A stretch of 35,728 nucleotides of DNA from Lentisphaeria bacterium (lineage in GTDB: Bacteria; Verrucomicrobiota; Lentisphaeria; JABSQK01; JAWLHB01), in assembly GCA_041690595.1 (NCBI GenBank), contig JAWLHB010000027.1, positions 1 to 35,728 of the forward strand. Reading direction: 5' to 3'. Made by a program: the position numbers and the translations under genes. Below are positions 1 through 8,828 of the stretch, in pieces (the stretch's first letter is position 1; each line of letters starts with the position of its first letter). Under the pieces are notes generated by a model that saw nothing but the letters and a program-made list of their open reading frames with translations, was not told where the DNA came from and made no database searches.

Positions 1-2
1 CG

Positions 3-24
3 CTGGGGAGGCGCACCTCCCCAG
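3..24. repeat. GC-rich hairpin (REP-like palindrome) at the window edge
   Basis: ctggggagg-cgca-cctccccag forms a perfect 9-bp stem with a 4-nt loop. Confidence 0.55.
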
Positions 25-88
25 ACCCCTCGATACGACCGAGGTTTTGGCCGAGGTTTTGAGCGTGGGCGGGGATGATGATGGCGCT

Positions 89-403
89 AGTCGCGGTTCG
101 GAGAACCCCTCCCACATTGCCGGGCATGTGGAGGCTAACGGCAGTGGTATTGAGAGCACGCGGGGTGATGGCGATGGATCTAGTCGCGGTTCGGAGAACC
201 GCTCCCACGTTGAGGGCTGCCATGGTGAGGGCAGTCGCGGTTCGGAGAACCCCTCCCACGTTGAGGGCAGTCGCGGTTCGGAGAACCCCTCCCACGTTGA
301 GGGGAGTCGCGGTTCGGAGAACCCCTCCCACGTTGAGGGCAGTCGCGGTTCGGAGAACCCCTCCCACGTTGAGGGCAGTCGCGGTTCGGAGAACCCCTCC
401 CAC
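89..403 (-). repeat. Cluster of REP-like family-1 elements, including a 5x36-bp tandem array
   Basis: The 27-mer agtcgcggttcggagaacc(c/g)ctcccac starts at 89, 182, 233, 269, 305, 341 and 377; the last five have an exact 36-bp period with linker gttgaggg(c/g). The minus strand reads GTGG-GA-G(G/C)GGTTC-TCC-GAACCGC-GA, a GTGG tetranucleotide plus hairpin. Confidence 0.9.
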
Positions 404-600
404 GTTGAGGGCTGCCATGGTGAGGGCAAGACGACCGAGGTTTTGGCCGAGGTTTTGGAGGAGACTGGCGAGGTTGAGGGCCGTCGCCGTCCGGAGGCCG
501 GCTCACGATCGGTACTCATGGATTATGTTCACGCGGTGGAGACTGGAGGCCGTGCATTCAGCTTCGAATGGGGTTGATGCGTGGGCGGGGAGGAGATAGT

Positions 601-651
601 CCGTTGGGGCAAGGCAAAAGGAGATATGGACGGTATGGACGGTATGGACGG
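601..651 (+). repeat. Partial family-2 element end followed by 3x9-bp tandem (tatggacgg)
   Basis: ccgttggggcaaggcaaaaggaga then tatggacgg at 625, 634 and 643. The reverse complement resembles 22670-22706. Confidence 0.75.
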
Positions 652-661
652 TAATGGTCCA

Positions 662-824
662 AGTCGCGGTTCGGAGAACCTCTCCCAGGTTGAGGGCAAC
701 AGCGGTGAGGAGGCGAAATTAACCACAGAGAACGCAGAGATCGCAAAGAAGGAGCGGGGGGATTGGCAATGGCAGGGGCGTTGGAAACGGCGCAATCGCG
801 GCGAGGAGAAGCCCTCCCACATTG
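662..824 (-). repeat. Two further family-1 REP-like copies (662-688 and degenerate 794-824) around a low-complexity aaccacagagaacgcagagatcgcaaag tract
   Basis: Direct similarity to the 27-mer at 89-403. Confidence 0.7.
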
Positions 825-850
825 ATTGCTTGAGCTTGTCGGGCGGGGGC

Positions 851-3070
851 TTATGGGTCGGAGGTGGCGTCGCGCTTGGCGGTGCTGCCGCTCTCCTTGG
901 CCTGGCGGGCAAAGAGGCGGATGTAATCCTTGCGGATGCGCAGGAAACCGGCCGGGTGCTTCAGGCGGGGAGCGAGGACCTTGGCAAGGCGCCGGGTGAC
1001 GCGCATCTCCGCATTGATCGCCCAGCCGGAAGCTTCCAGCAGGCTGCCGAGGTTGCGTTTGCGCAGGCGCAGCCACGAGATGATGATGGTCGGCACCAGG
1101 ATGAGGATCAGGCCGACGGCGACGACGATCAGGATCTTGTGGCCATGCTCTTTCCAACTCAGCTCAGCGAGGCGGCTGGTGACAAAGGCAAAGGAGGAGC
1201 CGAGGGCGGCGACGGCGACGCTGCCGCTGAGCATCCAGTCCCGCGCAGCGGTGGGGCGTGCCGGCGCTGGTGCTCCCGGTTTCGCGGCGGGCGCCAGGGG
1301 TGGCGGCGGGGGAGGCGGTGCCGGGGCTGGGGCCGCCGCCGGGGCTGGCGTCGACACGGTCGATTCAGCGACGGTACCGGTCACCTTCTTCTCGACTTCC
1401 GTGAAGCTCTGGGTAAGGCTGGTATCGAGTTGCTTCTCGGTGCCGCTGACTATGCGATTGAAGGCATTGGCGATGGACTCGATGACGCGCTTGAAGGGCT
1501 TGAGGATGGCGTCCCAGAGGCTGATCGGGTTATCGAGTACCTTGACGACGCGCACGTCCCACTCCTGTTCGTCCAGGTCGAAGAGAACGCCGCGGCGCTC
1601 GTTCTTCAAGCGGCCCAGGGTCATGGAGGTGACGGGTGTGACGACGTAGAAGGTCTTGCTCTTGTCGGCGCAGGTGACTTCGGAATAGAGGAGGAGAATG
1701 CCGGACTCTGCCGCGAGGGCGCTGTGGACATTGATGTCCTTGACCTGCAGGTTGAGGTTGAAGACGCGTCCGCCGATGATCATGCGGCCCATCTCGAAGA
1801 GGGCGCGCTGCTTGGGATTGTAGAGATCGTGGAAGCTGACGAAGTTGTTGGCCAGCTGCATGAACCAGCGCTGCATCAGCAGGAGGTGCTCCAGGTCTTT
1901 CACCACCGACAACTCGACGCCGACGGCCTCGTCCGCCTTGATCAAGTGCCGCAGACGCTCGGGAAGCGGTCCCGCCAGGTAGCTTTGCAGCTTCTCCGGA
2001 CCCAGCTTCTCCACCTCGCCGCCGCTCTTTGCGCCGAGCCACGATTCGTAGACGCAGAAGGTCTCCTTGACACGCGCCCATTCGGCGGCGGTGAGCCGGG
2101 AGGCGCTCCAGTTTTCGCCCAGCACGGGCTGCAGGACGTCGCTGACAAGGTGCGCCAGAGCCTCGCGATACGCGGGATTGACGGGTTCATCGAGGTGCAG
2201 CACTTCCGAAGCAGTCGGTGCCGCGATGGGCGCGGCGAGCAGGCTCTCGTCGATGGTCGTCGCGGTGTCCTGAATGGTCGCGGTCGAGGGGGGGACGATG
2301 GTGGATCGGCCAAGCATCTGGTCCACGGCGGTCAGTTGGCAGAGGCGAAAGTAGAGATCCACGGGCTCGCGCAGGCTGTTGAGGCGGGCATGAGCCGCGG
2401 CGGTTGCTTCACCGAGGGGGAAGAGGGAGCCGTGCTCGGAGCTGTCGGCATCGCTGCGGGCGCGCCAGGCCAGGATCTCGTTGCTGGCTTTGAGGAAGGC
2501 GGCAAGGTCGCGCTCGGCAATGCCGAGGATCCCGTTGATGCCGACGCTTCCGCCGACGGTGGCGATGATGTCCGCGGCAAAGGTTCGCAGTTCCTCGTCA
2601 TCCTCGATGGCGTCGGGGGGGATGATCCCGTCGCCATTGTATTCGCCTCTCGCCTGGTAGGCCTGATGGTTGCGGACCTCCTGGAGGGAAATGTGGTCAG
2701 CATCCGACTTGCCGAGGTTGCTGAGGATGCGGCGGGCGGCCCGATCGAGGGCTGCCGCCTCGGGCGTTGGCGCAAGGTGGGAGAGGGTGAGTGTTTCGGA
2801 AGCGTGGGTGAGACCATCCAGGTTGGCCAGTCGTTGCGACAACCAGCCATAGGCGCGACGGATGTCGTCGCTGCGAATGCGGCCGTCGCTGTCGTGATCG
2901 AGGAAGGCGAGGAAGGTCTGGTCGCAGCGGAGGTGATGGATGGGGGCGCTGGTGGCAATCCAGAAGGGTTCGTCCAGGAGGGGCAGCGCCTGGAGATCAT
3001 CCGCTGTCTCGAGGCGGAGCATGTAACTGCCGCCGTAGTTGATAAACCTGAACTTGCCGTGCTTGCTCAT
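851..3070 (-). CDS. Conserved hypothetical membrane-anchored protein (~739 aa) with EF-hand-like DxDxDG motif, Pro/Ala-rich linker and two C-terminal TM segments
   Basis: Start trimmed to MSKHGKFRFINYGG (ATG at 3070) to avoid overlap with aguB. Motifs DHDSDGRIR and YNGDGII; hydrophobic segments SVAVAALGSSFAFV and ILIVVAVGLILILVPTIIISWL. Confidence 0.85.
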   Translation of the reverse strand: MSKHGKFRFINYGGSYMLRLETADDLQALPLLDEPFWIATSAPIHHLRCDQTFLAFLDHDSDGRIRSDDIRRAYGWLSQRLANLDGLTHASETLTLSHLAPTPEAAALDRAARRILSNLGKSDADHISLQEVRNHQAYQARGEYNGDGIIPPDAIEDDEELRTFAADIIATVGGSVGINGILGIAERDLAAFLKASNEILAWRARSDADSSEHGSLFPLGEATAAAHARLNSLREPVDLYFRLCQLTAVDQMLGRSTIVPPSTATIQDTATTIDESLLAAPIAAPTASEVLHLDEPVNPAYREALAHLVSDVLQPVLGENWSASRLTAAEWARVKETFCVYESWLGAKSGGEVEKLGPEKLQSYLAGPLPERLRHLIKADEAVGVELSVVKDLEHLLLMQRWFMQLANNFVSFHDLYNPKQRALFEMGRMIIGGRVFNLNLQVKDINVHSALAAESGILLLYSEVTCADKSKTFYVVTPVTSMTLGRLKNERRGVLFDLDEQEWDVRVVKVLDNPISLWDAILKPFKRVIESIANAFNRIVSGTEKQLDTSLTQSFTEVEKKVTGTVAESTVSTPAPAAAPAPAPPPPPPPLAPAAKPGAPAPARPTAARDWMLSGSVAVAALGSSFAFVTSRLAELSWKEHGHKILIVVAVGLILILVPTIIISWLRLRKRNLGSLLEASGWAINAEMRVTRRLAKVLAPRLKHPAGFLRIRKDYIRLFARQAKESGSTAKRDATSDP

Positions 3071-3143
3071 TGGGTGCCTTTCTTTGGGCGTAAGTATAGA
3101 AGCGCCCTGCAGCAATTGCCAGCGCAAAGGAGCAATGTCAGCA

Positions 3144-4028
3144 TCATCTGTCGCGATAGCGCTTGAGCAGGTCGGCGTACTGATCGATTCGGCGGTCGCG
3201 GAGGAAGGGCCAGATACGCCGCACATTCTCGCTGCGCAGGCGATCGATCTTGACGACCAGGCTCTCTTCGCCCTCGCCGCACCGCCCAAGGAACTCGCCC
3301 TGCGGCCCGACGACGAAGCTGTTTCCCCAGAAGTTGCTGCCGCTGGTGACGTCGCTGGGATCCGGTTCGTGGCCGATGCGGTTGGTGGCGATGAGCGGCA
3401 GGCCGTTGGCGACGGCGTGCCCCCGCTGGACGGCGATCCAGGCATCCCGCTGGCGTTGCTTCTCGTCGGCGTCATCTTCCGGCGCCCAGCCGATGGCGGA
3501 AGGATAGATGAGCAGGTCGGCGCCCGCCAGCGCCATCAGTCGCGCTCCTTCGGGGAACCATTGATCCCAGCAGACCATCAACCCGAGCCTGCCGACGCTG
3601 CACGAGATGGGTTCGAAGCCGGTATCGCCGATGGCAAAGTAGAACTTCTCGTAGTAGCCGGGATCGTCAGGGATATGGCTCTTGCGATAGGTGCCGGCCA
3701 GGGTGCCGTCACGCTCGATGACGACGGCGGTGTTGTGGTAGAGGCCGACCGCGCGCCGTTCGAAGAGGGAGAGTACGAGGACGACACCCAGCTCGGCTGC
3801 CAGGGCGCCAAACTGCTCGGTGCTTGGCCCGGGAATCGTCTCCGCGAGATCGAATACGGCCACGTCTTCAGTCTGGCAGAAGTAGCGTGTGGCATGCAAT
3901 TCCTGCAGGATGATGAGTTCGGCGCCGTCGGCCGCGGCCCGTCGGATGCCCTGCATGCTGCGGGCGCGATTCTCGACGGGGTCGGTGGTGCAGGCGTGCT
4001 GCACCAATCCCACGTGTAGTGTGCTCAT
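3144..4028 (-). CDS. aguB: N-carbamoylputrescine amidase (carbon-nitrogen hydrolase family)
   Basis: Nitrilase triad contexts LQELH, YRKSHIPDDPGYYEKFYF and VCWDQWFPE; C-terminal WPFLRDRRID; adjacent to agmatine deiminase. Confidence 0.92.
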   Translation of the reverse strand: MSTLHVGLVQHACTTDPVENRARSMQGIRRAAADGAELIILQELHATRYFCQTEDVAVFDLAETIPGPSTEQFGALAAELGVVLVLSLFERRAVGLYHNTAVVIERDGTLAGTYRKSHIPDDPGYYEKFYFAIGDTGFEPISCSVGRLGLMVCWDQWFPEGARLMALAGADLLIYPSAIGWAPEDDADEKQRQRDAWIAVQRGHAVANGLPLIATNRIGHEPDPSDVTSGSNFWGNSFVVGPQGEFLGRCGEGEESLVVKIDRLRSENVRRIWPFLRDRRIDQYADLLKRYRDR

Positions 4029-4050
4029 GGAGTGCCTCAAGGTCGTTTGA

Positions 4051-5076
4051 TCAGGTGGAAGGTGGCAGAACGCCGGCGGGCAACTGCATGGTGGCGCAGT
4101 GCAGTGAGCCGTTCTGGTGGATCAAGGCACGGCAGTCGATGCCGGCGATGGTGCAAGTGAAGACTTCCTGAAAGGTGCGAATCGCCGCGCTGTCCGCCTC
4201 TTCGTCACCGTACAAGGGCACCAGCACGGCATGGGGCAAGGCGAGGAAGTTGGCGTAGCTGGCGGGAAGGCGCCGGCCATCGCTGCCGTAGATTGGGCGT
4301 GGAATGGGCAGGGGCCTCAGGGTGTAGCCGTCCAGCTGGCGCAGCTCGCGCTCCATCCGTGCAAGTGGCTCGTAATGCTCATCGTGCGGATCGGTGCAGC
4401 TGGTGTAGAGGATGGTGCGATTGGGGGCGAAGCGCGCAAGCATGTCGACATGGGCGTCGGTATCGTCGCCCGCCAGCCATCCCTCCCGGAGCCAGATCAC
4501 CCGTTCGCAGCCAAAGGCGTTGCGGAGTTTTGCCTCCATCTCCGCCTCGGTGAGGTGCGGGTTGCGGTTCGGCGAAAGGAGGCAGGTGGTGGTCGTCAGG
4601 AGGGTCCCCTGGCCGTCGCTGTCGATGCTGCCGCCTTCGAGGATGATCCCCTGGCGCTGCAGTGGGCAGGTGCCGAAGGTGCCGCTTTCGTGGAGGCGAC
4701 GGGTCACCTGATTGTCGTTGTCGGCCCTGTACTTGAGCCCCCAGCCGTTATAGCCGAAGTCGAGGAGGAGGGGATGGCCGTCCTCCATGACGGTGATGGG
4801 GCCGTAATCGCGGATCCAGATGTCGTTGGTGGGCGCCTGGCAGAAGGTGATGTCGCGCAGGTTGACGCCGTCGGCGATGGCAGCCTGGCGCGCGTCTTCC
4901 GCCGATGGCGCGACGACGAGGACCGGCAGGTGCATGGCGACAATGCGCATGATCCGCAGATGAACGGACTGCACTGCCTGCAGCATCAACTCGGGCTCCC
5001 AGATCTCCGCATGTGCCGGCCATGCGAGCATGACTGCCGCCTGTTTTTCCCATTCCGCGGGCAACCGTCGCTTCAT
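4051..5076 (-). CDS. aguA: Agmatine deiminase / peptidyl-arginine deiminase family
   Basis: PAEWE, WIRDYGP, LEGGSIDSDG, DTDAHVD, ASYANF and GSLHCATMQ motifs. Confidence 0.92.
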   Translation of the reverse strand: MKRRLPAEWEKQAAVMLAWPAHAEIWEPELMLQAVQSVHLRIMRIVAMHLPVLVVAPSAEDARQAAIADGVNLRDITFCQAPTNDIWIRDYGPITVMEDGHPLLLDFGYNGWGLKYRADNDNQVTRRLHESGTFGTCPLQRQGIILEGGSIDSDGQGTLLTTTTCLLSPNRNPHLTEAEMEAKLRNAFGCERVIWLREGWLAGDDTDAHVDMLARFAPNRTILYTSCTDPHDEHYEPLARMERELRQLDGYTLRPLPIPRPIYGSDGRRLPASYANFLALPHAVLVPLYGDEEADSAAIRTFQEVFTCTIAGIDCRALIHQNGSLHCATMQLPAGVLPPST

Positions 5077-5107
5077 ACTGGTTGGTATCCTGGTGCGTGT
5101 AGCGCTG

Positions 5108-6178
5108 TCAGTGGCTGACGCTGCTCATGTCCTCGATCGCCTTGCAGATCGCCGGGAGGGTGATCCGCCAGCGTCCCGGGGGCAACGGTTCGCCAAGCTG
5201 CAGTTGCACCCGTCCCCATGTTGAAGCTGTCCGCAGCAACTCGGTCGCCTTCTCGTAAACGATGCCGGCTGGCTTCAAATGAAGCGAGGTCGGGAAGTTG
5301 ACGCCCACAAAGAGGCGTGGCCACATCTCATGCGCCTGTTCTAAAGTCGTATCGTGAGTAGGCGGAGGTGACAAGCCGTCGATCCCGCCGATAAGTGAAT
5401 CTTCGATATCGTACCACAACGGCCGCAAATCGCCATCCATGCGGACAAAAAGCGGAACATCGCGTTCGGCCAATCGGCGTGCCAGGCGGTTGTAGAGGGG
5501 GAGGCAGTACTTGTTGAAGCAGGTTCGGCCGATCATCGGCGCATGGATATGGTCGGGAAAGAGGGCGCAGTCGATCTCGGCGTCGCGCAGAATGTCAAAG
5601 AGTTCCAACTGCAGGCGGATCATCTGGTCGATGCAGGCGAGGACGAGGTCGGGTGCTTCGAGGAGGTGCCAGCTGAGGCTCTCGCCGTCGACCCACTCCA
5701 TGATGAGCTGCTGATAGGGGGTGCGGGGCAGGGTGGCGTAGACGAGGCCATCGTCGCCGATCTCGGCCCTGGTACGAGCGATCATGTCGAGATTTGGCTG
5801 TACCTCCACGTCGCGCAGGTAGGCGAGCAGCATGGCATAGTCACCGACCCGCCGCACGAACGGCCGGCGCCAGCCTTCCTCACCGACGACGGCATCGAGA
5901 AGGCGCTCTTCGGTAAGCCGGCCCACGGGCGTGTGGAGGCAGCGCCGCCGACAGGGGCGACCATCGCGACGATACTCGTCGAGCTCCCAATGGCAGTTTT
6001 CAGCTTCGAAGATGAAGCAGGGGACAGGACGAAGAAGGCCGATGTTGCCACGCCCCAGCAGCGCGAAGACCTCCTCGTTGGGGGCGGCGACATTATCGTA
6101 CTGCACAAAGGGCACCCGATCGGAGGGACGACCGTGAATAACAGCCAGCATGCGTTCGCGCATCGTCATGCGGTTCAT
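5108..6178 (-). CDS. Uroporphyrinogen decarboxylase / methylcobamide methyltransferase-like protein
   Basis: MTMRERMLAVIHGRPSDRVPF N-terminus, F.KYCLPLY and RMDGDLRPL segments typical of the URO-D/MtaA superfamily. Start could be 6178 or 6169. Confidence 0.75.
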   Translation of the reverse strand: MNRMTMRERMLAVIHGRPSDRVPFVQYDNVAAPNEEVFALLGRGNIGLLRPVPCFIFEAENCHWELDEYRRDGRPCRRRCLHTPVGRLTEERLLDAVVGEEGWRRPFVRRVGDYAMLLAYLRDVEVQPNLDMIARTRAEIGDDGLVYATLPRTPYQQLIMEWVDGESLSWHLLEAPDLVLACIDQMIRLQLELFDILRDAEIDCALFPDHIHAPMIGRTCFNKYCLPLYNRLARRLAERDVPLFVRMDGDLRPLWYDIEDSLIGGIDGLSPPPTHDTTLEQAHEMWPRLFVGVNFPTSLHLKPAGIVYEKATELLRTASTWGRVQLQLGEPLPPGRWRITLPAICKAIEDMSSVSH

Positions 6179-6234
6179 GGGCGGTAGATCCTGATTGACT
6201 ACACAGTTACCCTCACCCGAAGCATGCCCCCCAT

Positions 6235-6249
6235 GCATCGTGCGTTCCA
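6235..6249 (-). promoter_or_regulatory. Possible sigma54 -24/-12 promoter for the URO-D-like/aguA/aguB cluster
   Basis: Minus strand TGGAACGCACGATGC has GG-N10-GC with two mismatches to TGGCACGNNNNTTGC; AT-rich tract upstream at about 6288-6312. Confidence 0.35.
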
Positions 6250-6338
6250 TGATCCCTGCGGGGGAAGTATAGCGTGGCAGAGTTGCGTATTCAACAATAC
6301 AAGAAATATAACCTGTTTCGTTGTTGAGCCGCCACTCT

Positions 6339-8828
6339 TCAGCTGTCGCCGGCGGTTTCTCCGAGTTGGCTTTCGCCGAGGATGGCGCAGATCTCGGCGG
6401 CAGTCTCCGCGCGGCCAATCCGTTCGCTGACGGAGGGGCTGTAGAACTTGCGCGCCAGGTAGCGCAACCAGCCCAGATGGCGCTCGGGGGAGAGATCCCT
6501 GGGGCTAAGCAGAGCGAGCAGGACGTTCGGGGTTCCGGGGATGCCGGACAGCTCCCATCGGCCTTCTCCCTTGCCCACCAGTACCGTTGGCTCCTGTACC
6601 AGCTCGCTGTGTCCATGGAGCAGCACGACATCATCACTCAGAGGCGCGGGGAAGGAGGTGGCCGAGACGAGGAGCACGCGCATCACTTCCGCGGCGCGGC
6701 CGGCATCGCCGGTGAACGCCTGGGTGGTCATCTGTCGCAGGGCTTCTTCCACGGACGTGCTGCCGCTGATTTCGGTCGGGTGCAGGAGCAGGCTTCCCAG
6801 CTCGTGGTCTTCCACCTCGGAGTAGGTATCCTCCCACTCGTTTTCGAGGGCAGGGTAGGCTACCAGCAGATTGTTTCGCGGCTTTCTTGCAGCCAACTGC
6901 TCGGGAAGACGGTCGAGGGTGGGGGTCCAGAGGCTGGCGCCGCGTCGTTCACCGAGGAGGAGGATCAGATCCGTGTTCTCCGCATCGTGCATCAGGCGCG
7001 AGTGAGCCTCGGTCAGGCTGGAGCAGGTGATTACGGTCAAGGGGCGCTCTGCCTTTGCGCCGGTGAGTCTGGAGCGCAGATCCTCCGGCTCCTGACCTGC
7101 CACGTAGACGCGCAGTTCGGTTCTCAGCTGGATGGCAAGCTGCTTCACCTCCCGAAGCAGGGGACGGCGATCGGTCCGCCGCTCTCCCAGCGCGGGCCAG
7201 AGGATCAGGAGGCGGCTGTTGGTGTTCAGGGGCTGAACCAGGCGGCAGACCAGAAGGCGGGAGGCGCATCGCTCCAGCAGGTTGTTCATGACGGAGCCGA
7301 AGAGGCGATTGCCGAGCGCGGGCGGCCCCATCCAGCCGCAGAGGACGAGCGTCGAGCGCAACTCCTTGGCCGCGCGGATGATGCCATCCGAGGGATTGAC
7401 GTCGACCCTGACGGAGGCATGGACGACGACCTCCGCTCCTGAGGATTGGGTGAGGCAGTGCCCCATCAGTTGCTCGCCCTGCACGACCGCATCCTCGATG
7501 TCGCTCTGGTCCGGCACGACCGTAATGGCGTCGATCATGCCGGGGGGAGCGGGGCTTCTCAGGAGAAAGGCGAGGTCGAGCAGGCGGGTTGCGGTTTCGG
7601 GGTTGGCGACCGGGACGAGCATGCGCTGCTCGACCCCGGTGGGCATGACGGGTTGCGGCTCCCGTTGAACGAGGCGCCGCCCATACCTGTCGACCATCCA
7701 TGCGCCCAGGGGGCAGGTAACGGCGATCATGATGATCGTTCCATTGAGCACCGCTTCGTCGAAGATCTGAAGTTCATAGCCGATCAGGACGGCCGCGAGG
7801 GTGGCGGCCGCCTGGACCACACTGAGACCGAAGATCACTTGGCGAGCATCAGATCCGTATCCGAACCATTTTGCTGCTGTCCATGCGGCCAGATACTTGG
7901 TGGCCACCACGGCGACGACCATCGTTCCCGATACCAGCCAGGTACGCGCGGAACCCATCAACACCCCCGGATCGACCAGCATGCCCACGGAGATCAGGAA
8001 GAAGGGGATGAAGAGGCTGTTGCCGACAAATTCCACCCGATTCATCAGGGAACTGTGCTCGGGGATGAGGCGGTTGAAGGCGGCGCCCGCCAGGAAGGCC
8101 CCCACGATCGGCTCCATCTTCGCGTAGTGCGAGAGGTAGGCGCAGGCGCAGACCGTCACCAGCACGAAGAGGAACTGGGCGCCGCCCGCCTCCGTCACAT
8201 TGAGGAAGAACCAGCGGGTCAGGCGCGGTATCCCCCACCAGGTAATGACGAGGAGGGCCGCCATGCCGACGGCGATGCCGATCCAGAAGAGCATGCCCAG
8301 CTGCACGCCTCGCGCCGAATCGGCGATCACGGCCAACACCAGCAGCGCCAGCGTATCGGTCAGGATCGTCGCGCTCACGGTCACCGAGACGGCTTCGTTG
8401 CGGGCAATGCCCAGGCGGCTGGCGATGGGGTAGGCGAGGAGTGTGTGCGAGGCGAACATGCTCGCCAGCAGCACGGAGGCCCGCCAGTCCAGTCCCAGGA
8501 TGTAGCGTCCCGCCAGGGTGCCGAGACCCTGCGGTATGATGAAGGTGAGAATGCCGAAGATGGCGCTCCGTTGACGTGTGCTCAGGAAACGGTGGATGTC
8601 GATTTCCAGACCGGCCAGGAACATGATGTAGATGAGGCCGACGCTGCCGAAGAGGGTGATCGCGGAATCGCGCTCGAGGACGCCGAAGCCATTCGGCCCA
8701 AGGAGTGTTCCGGCGAAGAGCAGGAGCACGACATCGGGGATCCGGATCCGGGCCGCCACGAGCGGTGCGATCAGGATCACCAGGATCAGCAAGGTGAAGA
8801 TGAGCAATGAATCCGTCAGAGGAAACAT
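6339..8828 (-). CDS. CPA2 cation:proton antiporter fused to USP-like and PTS EIIA-like domains
   Basis: About 12 TM segments with GLIYIMFLAGLEID, TDTLALL, GAFLAG and FIPFFLISVG; RMLVPVANPET (USP-like); C-terminal DVVLLHGH...LLALLSP...HLGWLRYLAR (EIIA-like). Confidence 0.85.
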   Translation of the reverse strand: MFPLTDSLLIFTLLILVILIAPLVAARIRIPDVVLLLFAGTLLGPNGFGVLERDSAITLFGSVGLIYIMFLAGLEIDIHRFLSTRQRSAIFGILTFIIPQGLGTLAGRYILGLDWRASVLLASMFASHTLLAYPIASRLGIARNEAVSVTVSATILTDTLALLVLAVIADSARGVQLGMLFWIGIAVGMAALLVITWWGIPRLTRWFFLNVTEAGGAQFLFVLVTVCACAYLSHYAKMEPIVGAFLAGAAFNRLIPEHSSLMNRVEFVGNSLFIPFFLISVGMLVDPGVLMGSARTWLVSGTMVVAVVATKYLAAWTAAKWFGYGSDARQVIFGLSVVQAAATLAAVLIGYELQIFDEAVLNGTIIMIAVTCPLGAWMVDRYGRRLVQREPQPVMPTGVEQRMLVPVANPETATRLLDLAFLLRSPAPPGMIDAITVVPDQSDIEDAVVQGEQLMGHCLTQSSGAEVVVHASVRVDVNPSDGIIRAAKELRSTLVLCGWMGPPALGNRLFGSVMNNLLERCASRLLVCRLVQPLNTNSRLLILWPALGERRTDRRPLLREVKQLAIQLRTELRVYVAGQEPEDLRSRLTGAKAERPLTVITCSSLTEAHSRLMHDAENTDLILLLGERRGASLWTPTLDRLPEQLAARKPRNNLLVAYPALENEWEDTYSEVEDHELGSLLLHPTEISGSTSVEEALRQMTTQAFTGDAGRAAEVMRVLLVSATSFPAPLSDDVVLLHGHSELVQEPTVLVGKGEGRWELSGIPGTPNVLLALLSPRDLSPERHLGWLRYLARKFYSPSVSERIGRAETAAEICAILGESQLGETAGDS

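Noticed and set aside
224..403. 36-bp repeats that can be phased as GTTG...CAC, resembling type II/VI CRISPR repeats
   Set aside because: Units are directly adjacent with no unique spacers, outlying copies are irregularly spaced, and no cas genes are present.
47..599. ORFs 47-577, 75-599 and 180-506 with repeated peptides
   Set aside because: They are translations of the 36-bp DNA repeat, open in several frames, and the motif recurs in non-coding DNA elsewhere.
581..3166. 861-aa plus-strand ORF (with an RBS-like aggaga before ATG 626)
   Set aside because: Antisense shadow of the real minus-strand gene, with no recognisable motifs; long shadows are common at high GC.
3071..3475. N-terminal extension of the 874-aa ORF
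   Set aside because: Overlaps aguB in another frame; family-like sequence begins at Met 3070.
6179..6637. N-terminal extension of the 509-aa ORF
   Set aside because: Overlaps the antiporter 3' end and the intergenic promoter region.
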